This document shows, one piece after another, positions 26,470-39,632 of a DNA stretch of 64,000 nucleotides; the stretch's first letter is position 1, and every line of letters starts with the position of its first letter. The position numbers and the translations under genes are program-made. The DNA is taken from positions 7,095,070 through 7,159,069 of the forward strand of contig NC_068990.1 in assembly GCF_001194135.2 (NCBI RefSeq), written 5' to 3'. Origin of the DNA: Octopus bimaculoides. Taxonomy: Eukaryota. Under the pieces are notes generated by a model. That model was not told the DNA's origin and made no database searches. It was given only the letters and a program-made list of their open reading frames with translations.

Positions 26470-27862
26470 TTCTATTCCCTGGCCTCTTCGATGCAGCATC
26501 AAAAATTAAATTTGGAGTATGTCACCATATTAAAAAAAAACCCCAAAAAATTGTCATGTTAACATTTATCCTGACATCATCATAATATGACTAAATTGTT
26601 ATTTACTTTCATCATTTATAAGATCAAAAAATTTCTATTCTACTGGACAATGTATCTTATTAAAAATGTGTTTCTGGACTAAGGTTGTAAGAAAATGTGA
26701 GGTCACAACAATTACTGAATTATGGTTACTGAATTTGAACACAAACTCTGTTATACCTGTATTTTCAAATAGTTTTGGACACCAAACCTATAATTTGTTG
26801 TGTATTTCAGAAATATCAACAGTTTTGTTTTTTATGTAAATAATTTTAGGATTATATTATAGACTTCCAAATATTATTTATATTTTTCTCACTGACATCA
26901 TCATCATCTTTAAATATCCTTCTTCCAAGTTGGACAATTTGACAGGGTTCCATGCATCCAAGAATTGCATGGTGCAACAGTTATATGTATATCTTTGCAG
27001 GCAGTAATTCTTATTGTCATAGCAACTAACCCTTAGCAGTTTCCTGTCTTTTTCTACATGTAATGCATATATATATATACACATACATATTCTGGTACAC
27101 ATCATAATTGCATATAATAATTCGTCTGATTTGCTTTTAATGTTTGTCAAAGCTTTGGTTTTTCAGTTTCTATTATTAATAAATCACTTTTCTTTTATAA
27201 TCAGAGTAACCTTGATAATTTGTATCATTTTCTTCTGATTCTGAAACATTATTCCACTAACACATAATCCATTAGTCAAATACATTATCTTTGTGACAAT
27301 TACATATTATTTAAAAGAAGTGAAAATAAATACTGGAAGGATTAGAAAGGTATTAAATGTCAAGTAATATTCATAGACAGATCCTCAGCTTTGAAAACAT
27401 TAGCTACATTAAGGAATGAATTCAAGTAAATATGTTAAGCTGTTTATCTGCTTGTGAGATATGTAATCTCCTTGAACAGATTATAATGTAATTTAGAAGA
27501 AAATGTGCATGTAGAAGTTGAATAACTAAATGGACAAATCATTGGGATATAAGACATTGGTAAAATTTATAGTAGGTTTTTGGAATTGAGAAGTAGAGCT
27601 TACTTCAGTTATCTAGGAAATTCAAATGAGCATGAATTCAAAAAGATATCAGCATAAATATTTACAATATTTAAAAATACACTGGGAAAAACGTAATTTT
27701 TATTTTTGCCATACATTTCAATTTAGCTATAATTCAAAAACAAAAATTATAAATCTAGCCAGAAAGCTAACAAAATATTTGAAACAAAAACTTCATAAAA
27801 CTTTTATAGCATTAATATGTTGATATTCAGAGCTTGTTTCATTGTGCTCTTTATATTTTTAG

Positions 27863-27928
27863 CACCCGGATGGACAGAGGATAATGGCTAATTACAGAAA
27901 GTTATCAAAATGTTTGCAGACTTATGAG
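27863..27928 (+). CDS. DNAH5: DNAH5/8-like exon 6 (not in ORF track)
   Basis: tttag acceptor, gtgagt donor, 66 nt. HPDGQRIMANYRKLSKCLQTYE resembles [21 protein letters not shown]. Confidence 0.87.
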
Positions 27929-28154
27929 GTGAGTTAATGAGAAATATGTCTAATGAGCAATGTTCAGCAAAAATAAAAATAAAAATGAGAACATTTGAGT
28001 CAAAGTACCATGTAATTTTAGTGATGTTATTGTTTTATTCTTTCCGTATCTTCAAAATATATAAAATGGTGATGGTGTTGATGATTCATTATTTTATGTA
28101 GTCATAAATACTAAATTGACAAAAATATCTTGATACATTACTACAAAATATCAT

Positions 28155-28535
28155 CGTGGTACTCCATCGGTTGCAATGATGAGGGTTCCAGTTGATCCAA
28201 TCAATGGAACAGCCTGCTTGGGAAATTAACGTGCAAGTGGCTGAGCACTCCACAGACAAGTGTACCTGTAATGCAATTCTCTGGGAGATTCACCATGACA
28301 CACAGTGTGAAAGGGCTGGCCCTTTGAAATACAGGTACAACAGAAACAGGAAGAAAGAGTGAGAGAAAGTTGTGGTGAAAGAGTACAACAGGGTTCGCTG
28401 CCACCCCCTGCCAGAGCCTCATGGAGCTTTAGGTGTTTTCGCTCAATAAACACTCACAACGCCCGCTCTGGGAATCGAAATCACGACCCTACGACTGCGA
28501 GTCCACTGCCCTAACCACTGGAACATTGCGCCTCC
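28155..28535 (-). mobile_element. SINE family A
   Basis: Match to 1678-2065. Confidence 0.85.
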
Positions 28536-28811
28536 ACACTACAAAATATATAAATTACAAAATGCAAAGCAACATAATATATATGCAGATCAAACATAAA
28601 ACATACAACTAAACACAGAAGTGATCACAAAGGAATGAAACTGAAGGACTTAATACTATTATAACTGTACAGTTCTTTTGTCAACATTTCTGAAAGCTCT
28701 ACATTTGGCACTATTTCTATTCCATGCAAAGATATATTAAGAATACTAGCATCCTTAGATGGTCCAATTTTATTTAAAATATTACATGATTATTTATGTC
28801 TTCTTTTTAAG

Positions 28812-29041
28812 CTTTGCTATTATCAAAGCTGGTTTAAAGCTGTGGTGAATATTAAAAGAAATCTACATATTCCACTTCTAATGTACTCTCCTGCAAATGA
28901 TGAACTGTTTGTAAATTTTGATATACAAATTTTTGATGCTATACTGGAAACAAAATGGATCATGTATTTAGGACTAAATGTTCCGGAGAAAGCCACAGAT
29001 ATGGTTGAGAAAGAAAGTTCACTCAAAATCCTGTTACCTTG
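28812..29041 (+). CDS. DNAH5: DNAH5/8-like exon 7
   Basis: tttaag acceptor, gtatgt donor. LCYYQSWFKAVVNIKRNLHIPLLMYSPANDELFVNFDIQI resembles GELFVNFDPQI. Confidence 0.9.
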
Positions 29042-30609
29042 GTATGTGATTATTTTATATTTATTAGTTTCCTTAGCTTGAACTACTTAATTTATCCAGT
29101 GTCTGTTAACTTTAGTTTTGAATGAGTTCTTGGTTTATGAGTTGGAAATTTCAGGAGCTGACTACAGAGAAAGCTTGCTTTGTAAGTTTGTGTATCACTA
29201 CTTCAATGATTATTGTGATGTATTGCAGTTCATTTAGTTATTTTAAAATAAATATTTGAATAGATATTTGAAATAAATAAATATTTGAAAAGCAAATTCA
29301 TAAAATCCTTTTAATTTCTTGCTGAAACTATTTCACACCTCTTAAATCATAAATGCTAATGAGAAGTGCAAGAAAATCTCATCACCCCAATGCCTCTTTC
29401 TGATTTAATTATAAGGTGCATTACTAAAAAGAAACAAAATATTCCTTTGTATTAAGGGAATATTATAGAAATATTAAGATTTTGTTGAAAAGAAATTTAA
29501 GGGTTACTTTAAGTATATGTTTACCTCTTGTTTATGTCAGTGCAGCAGAGCTATATGCCTGTATAAGAGTTTTATGAATGTCTTCTGTCCTGTGTGAATT
29601 GCTTATCACAATAATCCAAAGCATCTGTGTCAGAGAAATATCTTTTTTGTTAAGTTGAAGAAGCCTTACTAAAGATTTCTTCCACATGAAATGATTCAAG
29701 GGTGGGAAAACTGGTACACATTTCAATTATTCTTCAAACGCAAGAATAATTTAATCTGATCACCTCATAATTATGAAATATTCATTAAGTATTTATGAAT
29801 CCTATGACTTAAAATGCAGCATTTTATTTCAATATTGAACCAATTTCCAATTAGGTAAACTCCATTTGTTGACATGAACCATACCTTTTCAAGCCTCAAA
29901 TGATATGCACCATTAAAATTTCAGTTAATATCCTATCAACTGAGTCAGTTTTTTTCTTAACACAAAAATGCAGAGCAACATAGTTAAAAGAAAAATTTCA
30001 TTTCAATAAACAAATTACTTGTTTTTATTAGTGTCTGTCAAGATAATTGTTTTATGGAAATTATCTCATTATTCAATTACTTTTTGATTTGTTATAAAAG
30101 CAGGAAGTTATAAAACATGCACTAGCAGCAGTCAGTGTTTTTAATAATCTATTTTCGTTTTTTTTAATTCTATATCTCAGTACTTTTATTTTTCATCTAA
30201 TTTACCAAACTTTGTGTATGGAAGATGCAACAAGACAAGTCATCACATTATTAGCACTGTCCTATTTTGCAGAAAAAACATTAGCTCTGTTTTACCTAGT
30301 CTACCATGTTGTTGTAAAAGAATGATTGCTCTAAGCAAGCACTATTTTGCAATATTTGAGCAAATTGAGCAGATGTAAATAATTTTTATTATCCTAAATA
30401 TGTCAAAATATGCATGATTAAAAACTCCTCTCAGTGTAATAAAAATGATAAATTAATATATTTTATACAGAAGCCATGGAAAATCTTTTGTTTCTGTATG
30501 TAGATGTATAGACCAATTAAATGTTTTGTATTTTATAGTGTTATTCATAGTAATTTAAGAACAAAAAGATTACACAAGTCTGCTTTTTTTAAATGAAATA
30601 AATGATGAT

Positions 30610-33170
30610 TGTCTGCTTATGGGTGATTTTGAACCATTTTTTAATGTTGATTTCAAATATGTTTTTAGATTTTACCTATCATGTACAGATTTTGCACAAA
30701 TGTCTGCCAAAGGTATGATGATTTTTCTTATCATTCATTCCCTTTTGTGGCAGACTTTTAGATAAAGGTGTGATGGAATTAAGAACAAATCGCTAGAACA
30801 ATAATAAAAAAGATATGAATAGTATGTAGGTCTACATATTGACTAGATATATATATTTTAATGCACTTACCATGGCTTTAAAGTAATTTGACTCCTTTTC
30901 AAACTTCTTTTTCTTTGATTTCCTTCCAAATTTTGGTAGTTGCTTGCAATCTCTCTTTAGGGTCCAGCAGTAATCCTCCATCATGTTTACATTCCACCCC
31001 ACTAATACCTCTGCTCCATTTCTTTAATGTCCAGGTGAAATCTCTCACCATGCTCTTCATTTACATTGCCAAGGTACTCTGGGAAATAGTCAAGATCTGA
31101 GTGAAGAAAGTGCAGTTTAACATTAATGTTGCACCCAAGATTTTTGAAGTTTTGCAACATGGTATCAACTATGACTTTGTAAAGGTGGTGAGCTGGCAGA
31201 ATCGTTAGCACGCAGGGCGAAATGCTTAGCGATGTTTCGTCTGCCGTTACGTTCTGAGTTCAAATTCCGCCGAGGTCGACTTTGCCTTTCATCCTTTCAG
31301 GGTCGATGAATTAAGTACCAGTTATGCACTGGGGTCAATATAATCGACTTAATCCATTTGTCTGTCCTTGTTTGTCCTCTATCTGTGTAGCCCCTTGTGG
31401 GCAGTAAAGAAATAGGTATCAACTATGACATTGTAATTTGAATACTTACTGTTTCCCAAAAAGTTCTCGACAACACACTTGAAGCTCACCCATGCATGTT
31501 TTTGAGATTCATTCATGGATTTCTCATAGTCTGGACAAACTCCTGCTTTAATATTCTCACTGGTTATATTTGGGAATATTTTTTAAAGATACTGCAAACA
31601 TAGTCCTTCTGCAGACAAAGATTTAAGAAACTGTTTCATCAAACCAAGTTTAACGTACAAAAGTGGTAGCAGTACTTTTGTAGGTTCAATCAAGGGCTTA
31701 TGCAGAATGCTTTTGGATCCATGTAACAAACTTCTCCTTTGTGGTCAGTTGTTAACCATCCAGGGCTTTTCTTTAGCTCTGCTGTCCCATTCACATAAAA
31801 AACATGGCATTTTTATGGAGCCTGCCTGCTGGTCTAAAAGCATGCCTATAATTTTGAAATTTCTACACACTTGCCAGTGGTATTCTGCATACTTTATATT
31901 TAACAAAAGTTCTTTTACATTTTCTTGTTTCCTTAAGTTATACAGAATGTGCCACTGGAATGGATGAATACTTATTTCCATTGTGTAGCAAGACAGCCTT
32001 CAAACTCCTTTTGGAGGAATCAATGAATAGCCTCCATTCTGAGGGATTGCTCTTGATCTCAAAATAGTTTAGCAAGTTTGAAATATTATAGCAAAACACC
32101 ACTGATTCATCTTCAGCAAAGAATGGTAACAGCTTGCGTTCTCTATGATGGTGCCAAGAGAAGGTTCCCATTAACAAAAGCTTTTTCATGTTTAGCCTAA
32201 AACTAAGAAGTTCCACTGCATTCTTTGGTAGGTTCAAATCTTTCACCAAATCATTGAGCTTTTCCTGTGTAAATAACTGTGGACTTTCGATTTTGTCAGC
32301 AATGTAGTCATCATCTTCTTCGCATTTGTCGTCTTCATCACTATCTGATGTACCATTCTTCAAAGCAAGTGGGGAGGGAGAGGAACTGGCGTGTCAACCT
32401 CATGTGCAATAGGTTGTATAACTGAGGGAATACTATGATACACTATCTTATGTTTATTTTTTGTACTATACCCATCAACTTTAGTAATGCAGGAATACTA
32501 ATTGTCAGCATGGTTACTTGGCTCTCGCCACAGCATTGGTATTCCAAGGGCATTTCATTCTTCTTATCAACTTCCCAGAGTCTCAGCCGTCCCACACAAA
32601 TGTGACATACCTTGTGTGGAGCCCAAGGTTTGTCTTCATCACCGAGTTTAACACCAAAATAAGTGAAGTATAGATCTTTTTACAAGATCATATTTTGTAT
32701 CTGATTAATGACAGCATATTTGCCACAAATGTAGCAGAATATGTCTGGATTGTTCACATACTTACATCTATATGTATTCATTTTAAGTGGAGTTTATAAG
32801 TAAATAGCACCAAGAACTAATCTCTGGAACAAATAATTACAACACTAAAGCATCAGTTAGCAATTGTGTACACAGCTTTTGAAGGTCACGTCACTTGTCA
32901 GAGTTGCCAAAAACTGTTTAATAAGCTTATATTGGCTGCTATTTTACTTTTACTGATATCAGGTCAGCATTGGTTTATAGCAATCTATTTTGTTGTGCAA
33001 AATAAATCAGATAATCACTGTCATCTGGTTCTCTGATACCATAATACAATGTTTTATCACAGAAAAACTAGATGTGGTGGAGAAAAACTAATAACAGATC
33101 TGAAATCAACATAAAAACTGCTTAAAACTTATGTAGACATTTAAACATCAAAATCATGCAGACTTGGTCA
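30610..33170 (-). mobile_element. Decayed DNA transposon, Chapaev3-like transposase
   Basis: NNPDIFCYICG, KLGDEDKPWAPHKVC, WREPSNH, EWRLFIDSSKRSLKAVLLHNGN, PCFLCEWDSRA and EEHGERFHLDI motifs; related subterminal inverted sequences. Superfamily name is from memory; ends are approximate. Confidence 0.7.
31184..31414 (+). mobile_element. SINE family B, full length, nested in the Chapaev-like element
   Basis: Flanked by ggtatcaactatgac(t/a)ttgtaa at 31161-31182 and 31415-31436. Confidence 0.9.
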
Positions 33171-33299
33171 AGTATTCGATCTTTGCTTTGTCAGATGGAC
33201 TATATTTAAGTAGATATTATGGATGAAGCTAATTTAGAAAAGCAAAACCTTTGTTGTTCTGTTGAAATAGATTGATATTTTTACATAGTCATGAAAATT

Positions 33300-34250
33300 A
33301 TGAGCTATGAAAATAATTTAATGCTATAACACAGATGAACTAAAACACAGATTCAATGCTAAAATGTTTCAATACTCTGAAACATTGAACACACAAGAAT
33401 ATAGGTACCCAAAGCTAATAGAGTTGTAATCCTAGAGTCTGAACCTGTGCAAGACCTGGAAATTATGATGAGAATTAAAACATGTAATTTCAAGCCTATT
33501 GTTAAGATGGAAACAACGTGCAGACATCTGGCAAGATGGAGTTGGAGAATATTTTGTGAAAGACAACCAAAATGTTATGGTGATCTTGTGGATAAAAACT
33601 TCTGGGTCACTTTGATTATATATCAATTTCTCTACTAAATTGGAAGAATAGTTCTACAAAGATTGCTTTTACGAAGCAACTAAACTGCTGGGAAACATTA
33701 GAAAGTTTAGACTATATTCCCTGGAATGACAAAAAAACAAAAAACAAAAAAAAACAGGAAAATATGAACTAATTCATAACAGGAGGGACAGGTACCAAAT
33801 TTGGTCACTGAAATAGCTAATTCTAAATTGAGCATCATTTCAGTGCTAAGGGTTCGCTTTTTCCATTCCAAATATAACAATAGCATCAATAACCTCCCAC
33901 AAAATATAAGGAATCTTCGAACAGCACTTGGATATTCTACAGCACAAGATCTTAGATAACCCTACACTATAACAAAGAAACAACAAACTCTTGCACCCTT
34001 CAAATTCCAAACACAAAATGAAGATGGAAGAAGTATTTATGGCAGTGTCCTAGCAAGATAACAATTAACTTGTTGAAATCAGAAATAGCAGACAAACAAA
34101 ACAACATTTGAGAGTTTAAATGTACAAGATTTGAGATGCTATAACAATTATATCATATTAAAGAGTATTAGCAATTTAAATCATGAGAAATTGTGGCAGC
34201 TATAGATAATAACTTCTTTGGCAATTTCTGTTGGATAAAATATATGATAA
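33300..34250 (+). pseudogene. Old CR1/L2-like LINE remnant
   Basis: Weak motifs (VQDLEIMM resembling RDLGI; WSWRIFCER resembling GWI.R.F..R); heavily decayed. Confidence 0.35.
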
Positions 34251-34392
34251 TTATATAAGATTGTTCTTTCAGAATTCTTTACAATTTAGCAATGAAGTTG
34301 TTGAAAGGCTACTGCTTTGACTTGGAGGCAAAGTGATGCGTGAGACGAAAGTAATATTTCAAATTATAAATATATTAAAACATTTCTGATAA

Positions 34393-34433
<41 letters not shown>

Positions 34434-34826
34434 GATGAAAGAATACAAAATTTAGTGGGAAAATAGTAATATCTGTACTATGAAGGTATTTCCACCAATC
34501 TGAAGTAGAAACAAGATGGCACTAACTTTTCTTTTAAAAATTACTTGGAACATTTTAACTGATTTAAAGCAATACATATATATATATTTACTTCATTTTC
34601 TATATTATCTTTTGTAAAATATATTTGCCAACTAAATGTGGTGGTCTTATAGAGGACGGTGCTACTGTTGTTTTTAGCCCCAGGAAGACATCTCCTCCAA
34701 CTGGTTACCCGTCTTCAGTGTGTGTTAATCACTAGCTAGTGATGAAGAACTCATTCCACTTGCAAAATACTGTTTCCTTTTTCTAGCGACACACTGTCGC
34801 TGATCTCGTAAAAGAGTGAGATAAGT

Positions 34827-35045
34827 TATATTAAATCTCTGAGCGAGAGATAAGCAGTAACAGTACGGAATCGTAAAATATATTTGCCAACTAAGTGTGA
34901 CGGTCCTACAGAGGATGGTGTTACTGTCCCCAAGGAGACATCTCCCCCAGCTGGCCAATGACACGTCCCTCTACAAGATAGTTGGCAAATATATTTTACG
35001 ATTCCGTACTGTTACTGTTTATCTCTCGCTCAGAGATTTAATATA
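34827..35045. mobile_element. Young MITE with 66-bp TIRs
   Basis: 34827-34892 versus 34980-35045 show one mismatch; TA flanks. Confidence 0.8.
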
Positions 35046-35669
35046 TCATCCTTACTTACCACCAAAAGGTAAAATTAAAGGAAAATATGAATATTAGTCA
35101 CTTCATAACTTGGAAATATTTTCCTTATGTTGTATTATATATTTCTATAAAGGAGTGGAATTGATGCTTGTGTGATATTAACAGATGAATTAAACAACAA
35201 GGAGTTTACCCATTGACCCAAAATACATATCTTAATTATTCATTTTCTTCAAACCCACTAATTCTAATCATCTCAGTATCTCTGAGTGAAATGTCGGTGA
35301 TCAGGATAAAACAACTCATTGATTTTTATGTTGAATGTTTACCAAAGAAGATGTTATTAGTTATATTCATTTAGGTGTCTCTTAATTAACTACACATATC
35401 TATTTCTTTTACCATATAATTCATTTCTTATGTCACATGTCAGGAAAGATGTTAAATCATGGCCAAGCTCGTAGGTAGATTAGAAACCATACTGCAGACT
35501 TGACTTATCAAAAGTTTACCATTAATCTGTGATACTTTGTAGAAGTTTATGAAAATAGAAAAATAATACATTTTGTGTAAAAACCAATCGTTTTCTGGAT
35601 ATTTTCCTATGCTTGTTCTTCATCCCAATAATTCATTAACGTCATCTTCTTTTTATTTTTTGTTTGAAG

Positions 35670-35821
35670 GTTTCAAGATGTGCTAAATGAATTCAAACAT
35701 ATCAAAGCAAAGATTCCATCCTTGCTGATACCAGTGATGGGTCCATACTATTCTGACATATATGATAGTTTTGAACCGGGTATCAAGTCCCTAACTTGGA
35801 CATCTATTAATATTGACACAT
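35670..35821 (+). CDS. DNAH5: DNAH5/8-like exon 8 (not in ORF track)
   Basis: ttgaag acceptor, gtgagt donor. FQDVLNEFKHIKAKIPSLLIPVMGPYYSDIYDSFEPGIKSLTWTSINIDT resembles QPGLAALTWTSLNIE. Confidence 0.92.
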
Positions 35822-36840
35822 GTGAGTAATTCTAGTTTAATAAATAGTTCACTTGAAACAAAAAGGTTTGATCAGAGTTAATTTTATCTATTTTTTTTTC
35901 TTATTCCCTGGGGAACCCAGTTACTTTCACTATGTAGTCCAGTTAATACATACTTTCTGTAGAGCATGACAAGAGTAATGAGATGATGGAATCTGTTTAG
36001 ATGTTGCTAAATAATTTAGATATTGTTTATGAGAATCACTGTACAGAAAGTGGGAAGTATTGCAGCTTATCCCACTTTTGCATGTTAACTGATTGACAAA
36101 GATTTCTCCTTCTTGAAGAAAATATGTGTGGCTATGACAGAATTTAGGATTAGCTATTGAAATATTTGTTAGATATGTAGTACCTCTAATGCACCCAGTG
36201 AGGGAATGTACCTCAACTTAAAACTTATTTCATAATTAAGTTTACAGAGAGTCCATAACTAAATAGTCTGTCACTTGTCCAAACAACTTATTCAGTTACA
36301 TTTCTCATTCCATAAGAATGAACAGTTAAATCAATTCTATCAGAAATCTAAGAGACTAATCAAAATCAAAGAGTCTTAACTTTCAGCCAATTATGACATA
36401 ATTATAACTGTCTTTACCATTAAAAGTTGATGCTAAACCAAATTCTTCAAACAATTAAGATTTGATTTGAAATAGACAAATTAAGTTAGTTGCTGTAGTT
36501 TTAAATGAAGGTTTGTTTGTTTGATTAGCAGTTTCAGTTTTTTTTTTTTTTTGATTGTAATATATAAAACAAAAACCTCAGCTTGTTTGAAATTTGTAAA
36601 GGATTTGCAGCTGTTCTTGAAGAAGGAAATATTATTTGCATTTATTAGGTAATTCTTATTTGGCTAGCATCCCCATGAGAGATTATCAAAAAGTTGGGAT
36701 CTTTTTTAAAACGGGGACCACATTTTTCATTAACGAAACACTTTGAAACTTGGAACACTGGTAGAATGTGTCATATAAAACATCTTTTTCTCTTAGTCTT
36801 CTTAAAAAAAAAGAAATCCCTAAGTTATTCCATGTTAAAG

Positions 36841-37117
36841 TTGTCGTATTTCTGTAATTTCAACCAATCACTGACGTCCATTCAGCCGATATACATTAAG
36901 TGCTGACTACATAAACAAACGATTCTGAAACAATTCTATCGGTGATAGGGTTAGGGTTAGGGTTAGGGTTAGGGTAAAACAGCAAATTTAAAAAGAAAAA
37001 AAGAAAAACAAAGCTATGGAAATTAAATACGCTTTACACCGCTTAATCAGCCAAAGGAGTAACTATAAACAACTGAATACTTGTCAGTGATTGGTTGAAA
37101 TTATCGAAATAAGATGA
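36841..37117. mobile_element. MITE carrying an internal (TTAGGG)4
   Basis: 35-bp imperfect TIRs ttgtcgtatttctgtaatttcaaccaatcactgac / gtcagtgattggttgaaattatcgaaataagatga; TTAGGG x4 at 36951-36974. Confidence 0.75.
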
Positions 37118-37559
37118 TATTTATTTGTATTTATACCATTTATTATAAGCTTCCTTAATGAAATATATTTTTGTCTCTTGATAAAAATATACTTATTAAG
37201 CTTAGTGAATTTGTTGGTGGTGATTCGACTAGCTATTCATTTGTTGTAACTATGATAAAACTGACATTACAATTAAGAATATCTTTATGTGCAGTTATTG
37301 TTTTAACGAGTTATTGATTCATTCAGCTTATTTATTTTAAATTTAGATATACTTTCTTAATTACTGTGTTATCTACCATTTACTATCAAGATATTTATTT
37401 ATATATTCAGTACATATCATCCACTCTCATTATATACAAATTTCTATGCAATTAGACAGAGATTTATAAGAAAGTATCCAGATTAGATGTAAAAAAGAAA
37501 AATAGACATGTTACTCTAGTAAATAACATATTTCATGGCATTATATTTGAACCTCAGGC

Positions 37560-38060
37560 CCTTTGAAATAGTCTTTACTTAGTAATCCACCTCATCTTCC
37601 ATGCCTCAAATGTCACACAAAAAACTTCTTACTAAAGGCTATCCAATAATGCATGTGATTCCGTGTGAATTTTATCTACCATCTTGAAGCAGTGCTCCTT
37701 TAGCTTCAGTTTCATTTTGATAAACATGACAAAGTTACAGGGGAATGGATCTGGCTTATATGGTGGGTGTGAATTGATAGACTATGCAGCAATTAAGATC
37801 CATGTTTAGGTTTTCTATGAGAGTAAGATGGACTGGTTGGAGATGATTCTCATGGATTAGTTCATGAATTTTACCCCTATTTTCTGGTGTTTTTCTTGTG
37901 ACTGGTTGTTTTAATGCTCATCATGTTAACTTAATGTTTGGCCAGACTTGAAATACATATGCCACTCAAAATACATGTATTGACCAAAGAATGTTCATGA
38001 AAATCCTTACAAAACTTTTTAAGGTTCTTCATAACAAGACTTTCTGAGCTTCATTCAAAT
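37560..38060 (-). pseudogene. Mariner transposase C-terminal remnant
   Basis: THPPYKPDPFPCNFVMFIKMKLKLKEHCF resembles HPPYSPDLAPCDF.LFPKMK..LKG.RF. Confidence 0.6.
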
Positions 38061-38089
38061 TTGATACAGACATATTAGTTCAGATTATT

Positions 38090-38255
38090 TACATTATTTA
38101 CATTCAACAGATATTTGTCCTCATCTTGTTTGTTGTTAACACAATGTTTTGGCTGATATACCCGCCAGCCTTCTTCATGTGTCTTGGGAAATTTTGAACC
38201 TGGGTTCTCATTCCTAAGGTATTTTTGATGTTATTATTATTATTCATTATTATTA

Positions 38256-38309
<54 letters not shown>

Positions 38310-38461
38310 GTGTTCAGGTCACTGCTTGGAATCGAACCCGGAATCTTGGGGTTAGTAACCTGTGCTCTTAACCACTACGCCATATACCCATGGGCATAGT
38401 GGTTAAGAGCATGGGCTACTAACCCAAGATTCCGGGTTCGATTCCAAGCAGTAACCTGAAC

Positions 38462-38498
<37 letters not shown>

Positions 38499-38639
38499 TC
38501 GAAAAATACCTTAAGAATGAGAACCCAGGTTTGAAATTTCCCCAAGAGACCTGATGAAGGCTGGAGGGTATATCAGCCGAAACGTTGTGTTAACAACAAA
38601 CAAGATGAGGACAAATATCTGTCGAATGTAAATAATGTA
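38090..38639. mobile_element. 550-bp palindromic element: head-to-head tRNA-like heads, (AAT)n, hammerhead-bearing tails
   Basis: The left arm is the reverse complement of the right arm around cccatggg (38387-38394). A-box tagtggttaa, B-box ggttcgattcc. Confidence 0.85.
38546..38591 (+). ncRNA. Minimal type-I hammerhead ribozyme (intact core)
   Basis: gagac-CUGAUGA-a-GGCUG(gagggtatat)CAGCC-GAAA-CG-UU-gtgtt. The mirror copy supplies gacac, which gives a 5-bp stem I. Confidence 0.7.
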
Positions 38640-38844
38640 CAGAATTCCTCATTTCTTAAATATAGAACTGTATATTGGTTCAGATTTTTCACTTGTAATA
38701 GTAATGGTACTTGCATAACTATTTTAAAATAGTTATAAAATCCTTTTATAATAATTGAACACAATATTTTCTACTCTGCCCATTTGTAGCCACCCTACTG
38801 AGTAGTATAAAAAAAAGGGTAAAATGTAGTACTGAAGGTACATG

Positions 38845-39027
38845 GATCAGTGGTTAGAGCATCAGGCTCACAATCATGAGGTAGTCAGTTCGATTCTCAG
38901 ACTAGGCTATGTATTATGTTCTGGAGCAAGGCACTTTATTTCATGTTGCTCCAGTTCACTCAGCTATAGAAATGAGTTGCAACATCACTGGTGCCAAGTT
39001 GTATCAGCGTTTGCCTTTCCCTTGAAA
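38845..39027 (+). mobile_element. tRNA-derived SINE family E; other copies 44375-44717(-), 46432-46745(-)
   Basis: cagtggttagagcatc...gttcgattc...agcaaggcactttatttca. Confidence 0.75.
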
Positions 39028-39632
39028 CAAGGATTCTGGATTATTTTTCCTGTTTTTTTACTTAATCTTTGAGAGTGGTCAGGTTCATTTTTAGTATTCC
39101 CATTTGTGAGAGTAGTCGAGTTTATTTTTGATATTCTCATTTTAAAAATCATCTCCTGCTAATCGTTGGTGTTGCCTTGGCAGAGGTTTGTGCTCTCTGA
39201 GTGCTCTTATTATTGTATATTCTTCTTCATATATTAAGTCCAAATATGTGTCACTGAAATTTTGGTTGCATTTGTGATGTAAGTATAATGACTTTTTAGC
39301 TGTACTGTAGTACTTGACCTCGCTCACTAGGCAGCAAACATTCTCTCTATAGTTATTGTGCACTCTTGAAGAGATTTCAGTACTGAAAGCTAATAATATA
39401 CAAGTTAACCTCATAGTGCTCCCATTTTCCCATTAGTAAACTAAAACTAACTATGACCAGCAAGGGTTAATGTACTTGAAAGATGTTAGTGATAGCAGGC
39501 TAACTAGAAACTGTGGAGTACTGTACTCAGCACAATCTTCAATGGGTTTCTATTAATAAAGTATTTTCACTAAACATTAAATGTAAATTTATAAATGGAA
39601 ATTAATATTAATTGCTTACATTGAATTTTCAG

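Noticed and set aside
38394-38460. SINE heads as functional tRNA genes
   Set aside because: A and B boxes are present but there is no complete cloverleaf, and they are embedded in multicopy repeats.
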